From Myxococcales bacterium (lineage in GTDB: Bacteria; Myxococcota; UBA727; JABDBI01), in the NCBI GenBank assembly GCA_023248595.1, contig JAHFEG010000005.1, positions 19,134 through 83,133 on the forward strand: a stretch of 64,000 nucleotides of DNA. The letters run 5' to 3'. Below, piece after piece: positions 48,667 through 58,075 of this stretch; within the stretch, counting starts at the first letter, position 1; every line of letters begins with the position of its first letter. The notes under the pieces are model-generated. The model was not told where the DNA came from and did not search any database. It saw only the letters and a list, made by a program, of their open reading frames with translations. Made by a program: the position numbers and the translations under genes.

Positions 48667-50028
48667 TTATTTCCCGATACAAAATCGGCTGAAGATTAAA
48701 TCCAGAACGTCTTGATTAATGGACTTTCCAAGAAGTTGATCGAGAGCTTCACCTGCAACGCGAAGTTCAGAGGCCACTACTTCGTCGACTTCGCTTATTT
48801 GAAATGCATTTCGTGCCAGCAAAAGTGAATCGTGAGCAAGCTGCACTTGGATTTTTTGTCGTTCTCTTGTCAGTAAAATTTCTTGTTGTCCCGAACCATC
48901 TTTCATTAATAAATGCGATACCTGCTCGTGCAATTCTTTTATGCCCACACCTGTTTTTGCCGAAATAAAGACAATATTTTTTTCAAAATCACCATGCTGT
49001 GTTTGCAATAAATCTGTTTTGGTAAAAACTTTTAACACAGGCGCTTGGATTGTTTGGAGGAGCGATTCTAAATAGGCTTGCTTGGAGGCATCTTGATCGG
49101 TGGCATCAACAAGCCATAAAATTGCATCTGCGCGTTCCAGTTCATGGTGTGCTTTTTCGATGCCCAGTGCTTCGACAGTTTCGGCTACTTGCACATCACG
49201 AATACCTGCCACATCGATGAGTGATACCGGGATGCCGCCAATCACCCAAGCAGCTTCGACGACGTCTCTGGTGGTTCCAGGTAAATGATGGACCAAAGCG
49301 CGTTCTTGACCTAACAAAGTGTTAAGCAACGTCGATTTTCCCGCATTAGGCAGGCCAAAAAGTAAAACGCGTGCCCCTTCGATCATTTTTTGACCAAGTT
49401 CTGCGCCATCCAATAATTTTTGTAAAAGTTGAGCAGAATTTTCCATGTCTAAAAGCAAACGTTCTTTTTGTTTTTCACCTAAATCTTCATCGGGAAAATC
49501 GAGTCTTGCTTCCATTTCACAAAGCACATCGACAATGCAAGTTCGGGCAGGTTGCAAAAATTTTCCCAAGCCACCTTTGACATTACGCAAAGCCACTTGA
49601 GCAGCTTCTTTAGAGCGTGCGCTAATCAAATCGCAAACAGCCTCGGCTGCGCATAAATCCATTTTATGATTGAGCACTGCGCGCAAAGAAAATTCTCCAG
49701 GCTCTGCCATGCGACAGCCAGCAGCCTGCAATTTTTTTAAAACTTCTTGCACGATGATAGGACTGCCGTGAACAGATAACTCGAAGGAAGATTCGCCCGT
49801 ATAACTTTTACCGTGAGGATAGGCCACGCAAATAGCTTCATCGATGCCAGTGATATCTCCGAGCGTTGCGACGAAAAATTTTTGTGCGCCTTTTTTAGGC
49901 AAAAAGATGCGCTCTTTAATTAATAAAGCATCACGGCCGCTGACACGAATCACAGCGATAGCACTAGGTAATGCCGGCGTTGCTGCTGCGCAAATAGTGT
50001 CTTTTTGATGTAAGTCCAGAGCTATCAT
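48667..50028 (-). CDS. mnmE: tRNA modification GTPase MnmE
   Basis: GLPNAGKSTLLN, DVAGIR and C-terminal CIGK. Confidence 0.95.
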   Translation of the reverse strand: MIALDLHQKDTICAAATPALPSAIAVIRVSGRDALLIKERIFLPKKGAQKFFVATLGDITGIDEAICVAYPHGKSYTGESSFELSVHGSPIIVQEVLKKLQAAGCRMAEPGEFSLRAVLNHKMDLCAAEAVCDLISARSKEAAQVALRNVKGGLGKFLQPARTCIVDVLCEMEARLDFPDEDLGEKQKERLLLDMENSAQLLQKLLDGAELGQKMIEGARVLLFGLPNAGKSTLLNTLLGQERALVHHLPGTTRDVVEAAWVIGGIPVSLIDVAGIRDVQVAETVEALGIEKAHHELERADAILWLVDATDQDASKQAYLESLLQTIQAPVLKVFTKTDLLQTQHGDFEKNIVFISAKTGVGIKELHEQVSHLLMKDGSGQQEILLTRERQKIQVQLAHDSLLLARNAFQISEVDEVVASELRVAGEALDQLLGKSINQDVLDLIFSRFCIGK

Positions 50029-51923
50029 TTTTCTGGCTGCCCTTTTTGAATGGCAATCAGCAGAAGACTAATAGCAACGGGTGTGATGCCGCTAATGCGT
50101 GAAGCTTGGCCCAAGGTGCGAGGTCGAATCTTTTTGAGTTTGTCAAAAACTTCGTTGCTCATGCCTGAGAGTTGTTGTTCAAATATGAAAGTAGGAATAT
50201 CGACGGCTTCTAAATCTGTTTGATTTTGCAAGTGACGCTTCGAACGCTCAATGTAGCCGGCATATTTTGCCTCGACAGCAGCGCGAAAACGAACGCGTGT
50301 GTCAGGATGAGGGACACCACCAGAAGCTTCTTCAAGCTCGGCGATCGAATTTGCATCGACTTCAGGGCGTTTTAAAATCAAACCCAGAGGCATAGGCTCA
50401 TCAATGGCAGTAGAACCCAATGAGGCCAAGATGGCTTGAACTTTTTCGGTCGGATAAATTCGCGCTTTTTGGATGCGTAAAATCTCTGCGTCGACATCAT
50501 TTTCGAAAGCTTGCATTTGAGCGTAACGCGTTGCCTCTAGTAAACCAGTTTGGTGCCCGACATCCATCAAACGTCGATACACATTGTCTTCTCGAAGTAA
50601 CAAGCGGTGTTCGGCTCTAGAGGTGAACATGCGATAAGGCTCGTCGGTGCCTAGCGTGACCAAGTCGTCGATCAAAACGCCGGCATAAGCGACGTGCCTT
50701 GGCAGAACAATTGCTGCAGTTCCTTTTAGAGAAGCGATAACATTTAATCCTGCAAGCAGACCTTGAATGGCAGCTTCTTCATAACCCGTCGTGCCATTGA
50801 TTTGACCCGCACAATAAAGACCAGGAACCTGTTTGGTTTCTAGTGTCGCATAAAGCTGTGTGGGAATAACAAAATCGTATTCAACTGCATAACCCCAACG
50901 CGTAATTTCAACGTCTTCGAGTCCCCTGATAGTTCGCAAAAACTGCAGCTGCACGGCAGGTGGCAATGAAGTCGACAAGCCGTTCGGGTAGACTTCGTAA
51001 GTATCAAGTCCTTGTGGTTCTAAAAAAATCAGGTGAGATTCTTTTTGTGCGAAGCGGATGACTTTATCTTCGATACTGGGACAGTAACGTGGTCCAACGC
51101 CGCCAATCTGGCCATTATAAACAGGGGCAAGACCTTGGCTCACGGCTGTGAGGATGGTGTCATGGGTTTGTGGGTTGGTCGCTGTCATTCGACAGGACAC
51201 TTGCTTTAAAAGAGGGGGGCCGCTGTTAAATGAAAATCGCGGGGCTGGTGTCTCGGGCAATTGCTCTTCGAGGATTTCATTGCGAATGGTGCGGCCGTCG
51301 AGTCTGGGGCAGGTACCGGTTTTTAATCGACCGAGTTCGATCCCAAGATTTCGCAGTGAACCTGAGAGTCCTGCACTGGGTGCTTCTCCTGCTCTGCCCC
51401 CGGGTGTGGTTTGGTGGCCCAAGTGCAATTGGCCACCCATAAAAGTACCAGTTGTCAAAATAACACGACGCGCAAAGACATTGCCGCCATGTCTGGTTTG
51501 GACACCTGCAATCTGTCCAGTGTCGTTTGAGAAAACACCAATAACGTCGTCTTGACGTACTTTCAAATTTTTAGTGGAGAATATAACTCCCGACATGGCT
51601 TTTTGATAACGATCCATGTCGCTTTGGCAACGTGTGGCTTGCACGGCTGGGCCGCGTGAAGAATTGAGGGTGCGAAAATGAATGCCGGTAAGGTCAGCAA
51701 TTAATGGCATCTGGCCGCCAAGTGCGTCCATTTCTTTGACCAAATGACCTTTGCCCACACCGCCAACAGCTGGATTACAGCTCATGGCAGCAATGCGTTC
51801 AATGGAACCAGTCAGCATCAATGTGGAAAAGCCTAAACGGGCACAGGCTAAAGCTGCTTCACAGCCCGCATGACCGCCACCCACCACAATTACCTCATAT
51901 GTATTTTTAAACCCCGAATTCAT
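50025..51923 (-). CDS. mnmG: tRNA uridine 5-carboxymethylaminomethyl modification enzyme MnmG
   Basis: FAD motif VVGGGHAGCEAA. 632 aa. Its stop overlaps the mnmE start by 4 nt. Confidence 0.96.
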   Translation of the reverse strand: MNSGFKNTYEVIVVGGGHAGCEAALACARLGFSTLMLTGSIERIAAMSCNPAVGGVGKGHLVKEMDALGGQMPLIADLTGIHFRTLNSSRGPAVQATRCQSDMDRYQKAMSGVIFSTKNLKVRQDDVIGVFSNDTGQIAGVQTRHGGNVFARRVILTTGTFMGGQLHLGHQTTPGGRAGEAPSAGLSGSLRNLGIELGRLKTGTCPRLDGRTIRNEILEEQLPETPAPRFSFNSGPPLLKQVSCRMTATNPQTHDTILTAVSQGLAPVYNGQIGGVGPRYCPSIEDKVIRFAQKESHLIFLEPQGLDTYEVYPNGLSTSLPPAVQLQFLRTIRGLEDVEITRWGYAVEYDFVIPTQLYATLETKQVPGLYCAGQINGTTGYEEAAIQGLLAGLNVIASLKGTAAIVLPRHVAYAGVLIDDLVTLGTDEPYRMFTSRAEHRLLLREDNVYRRLMDVGHQTGLLEATRYAQMQAFENDVDAEILRIQKARIYPTEKVQAILASLGSTAIDEPMPLGLILKRPEVDANSIAELEEASGGVPHPDTRVRFRAAVEAKYAGYIERSKRHLQNQTDLEAVDIPTFIFEQQLSGMSNEVFDKLKKIRPRTLGQASRISGITPVAISLLLIAIQKGQPEK

Positions 51924-52066
51924 GGGCGTACTTTAAGCAATAACTTATTTTCTGCAAGGGATGAAGGAACGTTACTGGAGCGACTTCGGTCACTTTTTTC
52001 TTTAAAGCTGAAACATTGCGCCCATCTATTTTGTTACATTTCTGTAGTCATAAATGGAGTTATTTT

Positions 52067-52663
52067 ATGTTTCGAAAAAGAAAAAATAGAGTTGTCAATT
52101 TATGTTTCTGGCTAGTTTTATTTATTTCAAATGCGAGTTCAGCTCAATATTTTGGTAACAATGCTTTTCAGGTCCCCTTCGTTGGTTGGATGGGGTTTGA
52201 TACCACTGCGGGTGGGCTTGTTGATCCTGCGCTCAACCAACCATGGCAGTCTACCGATCAGGTACAGCTGGGCTTTGGTTACATGCGAACTCTTATGAGT
52301 GGGTATCGTTTATGGTATACGGTGCAAACTGGATTAGGGTTTGGTTACACTAAAAACTACGAGCAAGCAGCTCATCAAATTGTAATTGGTATCAATGTCG
52401 CTTCCGGTTTACGGTATAATTTTTTAGAAAAACGCCATCGGCCTTTTATTGCTGCTCAAGGTGAATATTTGCATTTTTTTAATCTGGATGCTGGTACTGG
52501 CCGTGCCTTTTGGATCGGAATATTGTTTGGACCAGGATACGAATGGATTTTTGGTAACAATATGGGTATTCAATTGGAAACCGGAGCGCACGCGCTCTTT
52601 GATCTTCTAAATCCGGTTCGATACACCTGGGCGTCTCGGTTGTCGTATACACTTTATTTTTAA
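52067..52663 (+). CDS. small outer-membrane beta-barrel protein (putative)
   Basis: Signal peptide, alternating Gly/aromatic beta-strand pattern, and C-terminal ...SYTLYF. Confidence 0.55.
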   Translation: MFRKRKNRVVNLCFWLVLFISNASSAQYFGNNAFQVPFVGWMGFDTTAGGLVDPALNQPWQSTDQVQLGFGYMRTLMSGYRLWYTVQTGLGFGYTKNYEQAAHQIVIGINVASGLRYNFLEKRHRPFIAAQGEYLHFFNLDAGTGRAFWIGILFGPGYEWIFGNNMGIQLETGAHALFDLLNPVRYTWASRLSYTLYF

Positions 52664-52683
52664 GCTGCCTTAAACAAATATAA

Positions 52684-52884
52684 CTATCCTTTGATGTGTA
52701 ATTGTTTTTTCTGAGCCAATGCTAGACCCTTGGCTAGATTATTGCCGACGATAACCTCCTTGTTTTTTTTAGATTGAGATTGACACACTTGAGGAGAGCA
52801 CAAATGTTTCACAATATAAGCAACTGCAATTGCTAAAAGAACAAAGGTCAGTGTTGAATCTATCAATGTTGCCCATGTGCTCAT
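52684..52884 (-). CDS. possible FeoB-associated Cys-rich small membrane protein
   Basis: 66 aa starting 2 nt after the feoB stop. One TM segment (LTFVLLAIAVAYIV) is followed by CSPQVC. Confidence 0.4.
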   Translation of the reverse strand: MSTWATLIDSTLTFVLLAIAVAYIVKHLCSPQVCQSQSKKNKEVIVGNNLAKGLALAQKKQLHIKG

Positions 52885-52885
52885 T

Positions 52886-54835
52886 TTAAAATCCCAATGC
52901 GGATCCTGCCTGGAACAAAGCAAAAGAACATAGCCAAGCAAGAACAGTCATGTAACTAAATTGGAAGGCAGGCCACCGCCAGCTTTTGGTCTCTTTTTTG
53001 GTGGCTGCCAGCGTGCTCATGCATTGCATGGCTAAAGAATAGAAAATCATTAACGATAAAGCAACCAGGGGGGTGTAAACAGGCTTGCCCGTTTGTGGAT
53101 TGATATCGTTTTGGATTGCTTCTTTAAGGGTCATTTTTGTTTCGTCTTGGCTGTGTCCAAGTCCATACATGACTCCCAGGGTAGAAACGAAAACTTCTCG
53201 AGCGGCAAAACTAGATAAAATGCCAACGCTAATCTTCCAATCAAAACCCAGTGGTGCCACTACAGGTTCGATTAGCTGACCCAATTGACCGGCATAGCTG
53301 TTCTTGATCTGGGCTTGAATTTCGCTTTGATTTTTTGTCGTTTGTTGGGTTTCATTTCTTGGAAAAGTGAAAAGGCCCCATAAAATAATTGTCATTGCCA
53401 AAATAACCGTTCCGGCTTCACGCAAAAAAAGCCAGATGCGGGTCCAGATGTTTTGCGCAAGAGATGACCAGCGTGGCATTCGATAAGGCGGAAGTTCTAA
53501 AATCAACGAAGGAGTTGGTCCTTTTAAGACAAATCTTTTAAGGAGAGCTGCTACGCCAAATGCAGCGATGATACCAATTCCATACATGGAGAGCATGACC
53601 AATGCGCCTATTTCGATAAAACCCCAAAGAGGCGGAGCGGAAGCAAAAACAGCTGCAATTAAAAGTCCATAGATCGGCAATCGTGCTGAACAGGACATCA
53701 ATGGTGTCACCAAGATGGTGACGAAACGATCTTTTTTAGATTCAATGACGCGGGTTGCCATAATCGCGGGAACAGCACAGGCAAAACCAGATAGCAATGG
53801 TACAAATGCGCGACCAGATAAACCGACTTTCGACATAAACCTATCGAGCAAAAAAGTTGCTCGTGCCAAATAACCAGAATCTTCTAGCACTCCAATAAAT
53901 AAAAATAAAATGGCGATAAGAGGTATGAAAACAATGACGCTGCCAACACCAGAAATAATACCGTCTGTAATCAAAGAACCGATCAGGGAATCATCAGGAA
54001 AAAAAGACCGTACAATATTCGAAAAATAGGAAATGCCATTTTCGATGCCATTCATAAATGGCGTTGCCCCCAAAAATAAGGACTCGAACATCACAGCAAA
54101 AACCAAGATAAGAAAAATCGGTCCCCAAAATAGGTGTAGCAAAATATCATCAGCGCAAAAACGCTTCTTTTTAGGCGTTTTAATAGTATTTTTAAGAACA
54201 CCTTGCAACCAAACTTCAATTTGTTGATATCGCTTGGTGATATCGGTAGCGCTGGGTTTGTGAAGTGTTTGGCTGTGTGTAGATCTTGAGGGCTCGACTT
54301 GCGCTGTTTGTAGTTTGACCCATTGATCGATTTCGACAAGCAAGGCGTCGATACCAACTCCTGTTACTGACGACAAAGAGACAACGGGTACCGATAGCCT
54401 TTGCGATAAAAGCAAAGTTTTAATTTCAATACCTTGCCTCTGGACTTCATCCATCATTGTTAAAGCGAGAAGCAGTGGCTTTTTTAAATCCAACAATTGC
54501 GAAACTAAATATAAGTTACGCTTCAGTTGTGTTGCATCAACAACGGCAACAATTAGATCGCTTATTGATGATGGCCCAAGTTGCCCCAAAACACCTTTAA
54601 CTGTGACTGTTTCGTCTTCAGAGCGTGAATAGAGGCTATAAGTCCCTGGCAAATCAACAACGCAAACCTGATTTTTCGAAGGTAAATTTAAATTTCCTTC
54701 ACGCAAGTCCACAGTAATACCAGGGTAATTGGCAACATGTGCTTTCAGGCCCGTTAGGCGATTGAACAGCATTGTTTTACCGGCATTGGGATTGCCGACT
54801 AACAACACGCGAGGCTTGATTTTAAAAGTATCCAT
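52886..54835 (-). CDS. feoB: ferrous iron transporter FeoB
   Basis: N-terminal G domain LVGNPNAGKTMLFN and DLPGTYSL, followed by a polytopic membrane domain. Confidence 0.95.
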   Translation of the reverse strand: MDTFKIKPRVLLVGNPNAGKTMLFNRLTGLKAHVANYPGITVDLREGNLNLPSKNQVCVVDLPGTYSLYSRSEDETVTVKGVLGQLGPSSISDLIVAVVDATQLKRNLYLVSQLLDLKKPLLLALTMMDEVQRQGIEIKTLLLSQRLSVPVVSLSSVTGVGIDALLVEIDQWVKLQTAQVEPSRSTHSQTLHKPSATDITKRYQQIEVWLQGVLKNTIKTPKKKRFCADDILLHLFWGPIFLILVFAVMFESLFLGATPFMNGIENGISYFSNIVRSFFPDDSLIGSLITDGIISGVGSVIVFIPLIAILFLFIGVLEDSGYLARATFLLDRFMSKVGLSGRAFVPLLSGFACAVPAIMATRVIESKKDRFVTILVTPLMSCSARLPIYGLLIAAVFASAPPLWGFIEIGALVMLSMYGIGIIAAFGVAALLKRFVLKGPTPSLILELPPYRMPRWSSLAQNIWTRIWLFLREAGTVILAMTIILWGLFTFPRNETQQTTKNQSEIQAQIKNSYAGQLGQLIEPVVAPLGFDWKISVGILSSFAAREVFVSTLGVMYGLGHSQDETKMTLKEAIQNDINPQTGKPVYTPLVALSLMIFYSLAMQCMSTLAATKKETKSWRWPAFQFSYMTVLAWLCSFALFQAGSALGF

Positions 54836-54843
54836 TGGGGAGC

Positions 54844-55101
54844 CTAGTCAATCCATTGTACAAAGAATAGAGCTGCTTCTTTTTGCCTTAAACACAACTG
54901 AGTACCGCATACTGCGACATGCAAAGGACCACCAAAGGGCCCGCGGCGTAACAGCTTAATGAGACTGCCATCGACCATGCCCATTTCCAAAAGCCTCAAT
55001 ACCTCAGGGCTTGTTGGTGCTGGTAATGTACGCAGGATCCCTTCTTTTCCGCAGGGGAAATCGCTCAAGCGCTGTTCTTTAGGGTGGCGAAAAGGTCTCA
55101 T
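54844..55101 (-). CDS. feoA: ferrous iron transport protein FeoA
   Basis: SH3-like FeoA domain (LSDFPCGKEGILRTL...EMGMVDGSLIKLLRRGPFGGPLHV). Alternative starts lie at 55119 and 55167. Confidence 0.8.
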   Translation of the reverse strand: MRPFRHPKEQRLSDFPCGKEGILRTLPAPTSPEVLRLLEMGMVDGSLIKLLRRGPFGGPLHVAVCGTQLCLRQKEAALFFVQWID

Positions 55102-55106
55102 TTTGG

Positions 55107-55127
55107 TTTTGATACTCATTATCAAAA
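55107..55127. promoter_or_regulatory. perfect 8-5-8 palindrome at the feoA 5' end, Fur-box-like
   Basis: TTTTGATA-CTCAT-TATCAAAA. The minus strand reads TTGATAATGAGTATCAA, resembling GATAATGATAATCATTATC. Confidence 0.35.
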
Positions 55128-55253
55128 TGTTTATCTGATTACTAATCGCTTGCGGAGGAATTTGCAATTGTATTCCTTAGAAATTGTGAATATCAATCTT
55201 CTTCTAAAGTGTCTCCTGAAAAATTAAACATTTGCTTATCATACGAATAGAAA

Positions 55254-56282
55254 ATGTACCTTTTCCTGCTCTTGATTTTATCCTTATCGATTTTCCAAAC
55301 GAGTTGTCAAAAGCAACCTTCGGTTTCGGCTGCTGCATTGCCATCTGCAAAAAAAGCAGTAGCTCCCATGGGTTCATCGACAAACAATGCAGATTTAGAA
55401 AAAAAGAAATTGTTAGCGGCGGCTAAGGCTCCCGTGAAACCGGGCCTTGCTCAAGATTTTTTTTGGGCCGAATTTTATTTTTATGAACGGCGTTTCATCG
55501 AAGCTGCGCAAATTTTTTCTGCAATTTTAGATCAAGATGACAAATATCCTAACGCTCGTAATTTATTGGCACGCTGTTTTTATTTTTTAGGCAACCCCGA
55601 TAGATCCCATGCTGAGCTTGATTTTGTTTTATCCCATCCCAGCAAAAATGCTGAAGAGTTGCTTGATGCCTTGTTTTTGATGGGCGCAATTGCTCTAGAG
55701 TCTCCAACGTCTTCGACAAAAATGCTTCAAAAAGGCATTGGCGCCTGGGAGACTTATTTAAAAATTGCTCCTAAAAACAATCTGCGTAGCAAGGTCGAAC
55801 CGGGACTCAAAGAGTTACATGAAAGATTGAAAGCCAACAAAAATAATTCTGTGGCCTTGACTGCTAAACCAGCTTCTCATCAAACGCGTTTTCAAAAATT
55901 ATCGTCAAATGCAAAGGACTTTGAAAAACGAAAAGCCCAGGGTCTTGATGCCTTTGATACCGAAGATTTACTTTTGGCAGAAAAAAAATTGAAAGAAGCA
56001 TTAGCGCTTGATTCGACAGATGTCGAAATTGCCACGGTATTGGGACGTATTTTAATTAAAACGAACCGCTTTTCAGAAGCGCTATTGAAATTTCAAAATA
56101 TTACAAAAAAGTATCCCAAATATTCCCCTGGCTGGCACTATCAAGGCATGGCTTATATGATGAACGCAAATCCGCAGAAAGCAGTCGAAAGCTGGAAGCG
56201 GGTTATTCACTTAGATCCACAATATGCGGCACAATTTAAATTACAAGATCGCATCGCTGTTGCCACAAGTATGATTCAATAG
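55254..56282 (+). CDS. TPR-repeat lipoprotein
   Basis: Signal/lipobox MYLFLLLILSLSIFQTSC followed by several TPR-like helical repeats. Confidence 0.7.
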   Translation: MYLFLLLILSLSIFQTSCQKQPSVSAAALPSAKKAVAPMGSSTNNADLEKKKLLAAAKAPVKPGLAQDFFWAEFYFYERRFIEAAQIFSAILDQDDKYPNARNLLARCFYFLGNPDRSHAELDFVLSHPSKNAEELLDALFLMGAIALESPTSSTKMLQKGIGAWETYLKIAPKNNLRSKVEPGLKELHERLKANKNNSVALTAKPASHQTRFQKLSSNAKDFEKRKAQGLDAFDTEDLLLAEKKLKEALALDSTDVEIATVLGRILIKTNRFSEALLKFQNITKKYPKYSPGWHYQGMAYMMNANPQKAVESWKRVIHLDPQYAAQFKLQDRIAVATSMIQ

Positions 56283-56290
56283 GAGAAGAG

Positions 56291-57037
56291 ATGGCTGAAG
56301 GGTTTGAAACACTAGAAGGTTGGTTTTCGCTCCATGATTTCCGCCATTTTAATTGGCCGGTGTGGAATGCTTTAGCAAAAGAAGAAAAGCATGAAATCCA
56401 AGAAGAATTAGCTGCACTTTTAAGTCGCTATATGCAGATTGAAGAAAAGCGAGAAGGTAGTTTTGCTTTTTATAATATCGTTGGTCAAAAAGCTGATTTT
56501 TTATTTTTAAATCTGAGACCATCGCTTAGTGATTTTAGTTTTGTTGAACAAGAATTTCATAAAACGCAGTTTGCTAAATTGACAACTCCTGCATACTCGT
56601 ATGTATCTGTTGTTGAGTTAAGCAACTATGTTGTCAGCCATGAGAAAACACCAGAAATTGAAGCAATGATCAATTCACGTTTAAAACCCGTATTGCCAAA
56701 AACAAAACATATCTGTTTTTATCCAATGAATAAACGTCGCGAAGGCACTGAAAATAATTGGTATTTATTACCTCTTGAAGAACGAAAGCGTTTGATGAAA
56801 AGTCATGGCATGCTGGGGCGCAAATTTGCAGGTCAAGTGACTCAAATGATTGGTGGTTCGATTGGCCTCGATGATTGGGAGTGGGGCGTTACTTTATTTG
56901 CGGAAGATCCTTTGGTCTTTAAGCACGTGGTCACTGATATGCGATTTGACGAAGTCAGTGCCAGATATGCTGATTTCGGTGCTTTTTTCGTTGGGAACCA
57001 GTTGACATTACCGCAACTTAAACAAATTTTGATATGA
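56291..57037 (+). CDS. hemQ: chlorite dismutase family protein, HemQ/ChdC-like coproheme decarboxylase
   Basis: LEGWFSLHDFRHFNW, FYPMNKRR...NWY.LP.EER..LM..HG and DDWEWGVTLFAEDP..FK..V..MRFDE patterns. Confidence 0.8.
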   Translation: MAEGFETLEGWFSLHDFRHFNWPVWNALAKEEKHEIQEELAALLSRYMQIEEKREGSFAFYNIVGQKADFLFLNLRPSLSDFSFVEQEFHKTQFAKLTTPAYSYVSVVELSNYVVSHEKTPEIEAMINSRLKPVLPKTKHICFYPMNKRREGTENNWYLLPLEERKRLMKSHGMLGRKFAGQVTQMIGGSIGLDDWEWGVTLFAEDPLVFKHVVTDMRFDEVSARYADFGAFFVGNQLTLPQLKQILI

Positions 57038-57048
57038 GGAGTGATTTT

Positions 57049-57387
57049 ATGTTTTATCTAACTCGCCGAATGTTTTTCTCAATTTTTCTAACCACAGTTT
57101 TTCTAATCTCAACAGGGCCCAGTTTGGCAAGTCTAAATGGTGGGTTGCCGGGCGGTAACCCCGCAGTTGCAGCATACGTGCTTGCTTTAGTGGTAGCGCA
57201 ACAGGTCATGCAGCAAGGGCAACAAGTAGCGCAAGCAGAAGCGTTGCAAGAAGAAGCGCAGCGACAGGAATGGCAATCGGTGCAGCGAGCGGAACGGCAA
57301 AATGCGGCAAAAAAACCAAAAAGAAATAAGGGGCTGGGAAAGGGATGCAAGCCTATTCAGCAACCTGGAAAATCTGGAAAAAAATAG
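57049..57387 (+). CDS. small secreted Gln/Ala-rich basic protein
   Basis: Signal peptide MFYLTRRMFFSIFLTTVFLISTGPSLAS, then a low-complexity Q/A-rich and K-rich tail. Confidence 0.45.
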   Translation: MFYLTRRMFFSIFLTTVFLISTGPSLASLNGGLPGGNPAVAAYVLALVVAQQVMQQGQQVAQAEALQEEAQRQEWQSVQRAERQNAAKKPKRNKGLGKGCKPIQQPGKSGKK

Positions 57388-57411
57388 GAAACAAGTCATA
57401 AAATAGGAAAT

Positions 57412-57996
57412 TTAGGTTCCGGTATCATTCCATAACTTGATAACCGGAACTTCTCTTTCCCATCCCAACACACTTAAAGCGGCTGGGGCAAGAAAAAAAT
57501 TTTTCCCCCGTTCGGCTCGAAGATCAATCCAGCGAGCAGCCAAAACGCGGGAAAAATGACCGCTAGAAAATATGGCAACGTTGTTGTGGATGGCGACTAT
57601 CTTTTGAATAACGCGATCGGCTCGCATCGTCACTTCTTCTGGGCTTTCTCCGCCCGGCGCACCGTCTCTAAATAAAAGCCAATCTGGATTTTGTTCTCGG
57701 ATTTCTGCTGTTTTCAGTCCTTCATAGTGACCATAATTCCATTCGGACAAATCGTCTAAAATTTCGGCTTTGTCTAGTAAGCCACAAAGTTGACAGGTTT
57801 CTTTGGCTCTTCTGGAAGGACTGCAAAAAACTTTGCTAAAAGTTTTAAGCACTAATTTTTTTTTAATTCTTGTAGCTTGTTGCTTACCATTTTCAGTTAA
57901 ACCAATATCTGTAAAACTTGTGTGTTGTCCACTTAAACTCCAGGTTGTCTCACCGTGTCTAATGAGAAAGATTTCAGGTTGTTTGTCTGTTGTCAT
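57412..57996 (-). CDS. histidine phosphatase family protein
   Basis: LIRHGETTWS (RHG motif) and SSGHFSR. Confidence 0.8.
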   Translation of the reverse strand: MTTDKQPEIFLIRHGETTWSLSGQHTSFTDIGLTENGKQQATRIKKKLVLKTFSKVFCSPSRRAKETCQLCGLLDKAEILDDLSEWNYGHYEGLKTAEIREQNPDWLLFRDGAPGGESPEEVTMRADRVIQKIVAIHNNVAIFSSGHFSRVLAARWIDLRAERGKNFFLAPAALSVLGWEREVPVIKLWNDTGT

Positions 57997-58075
57997 GATT
58001 AGACCCCACAAAAATTTTGTTCAATGACACATAATAAGATACAAGAAAATTTTAAGCTAATTTCTGAGGTGGCAA

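Noticed and set aside
50025-52066. A possible replication origin near mnmG.
   Set aside because: I found no cluster of DnaA boxes (TTATCCACA or its complement) or AT-rich unwinding element in the flanking intergenic regions. Neither dnaA nor dnaN is nearby.
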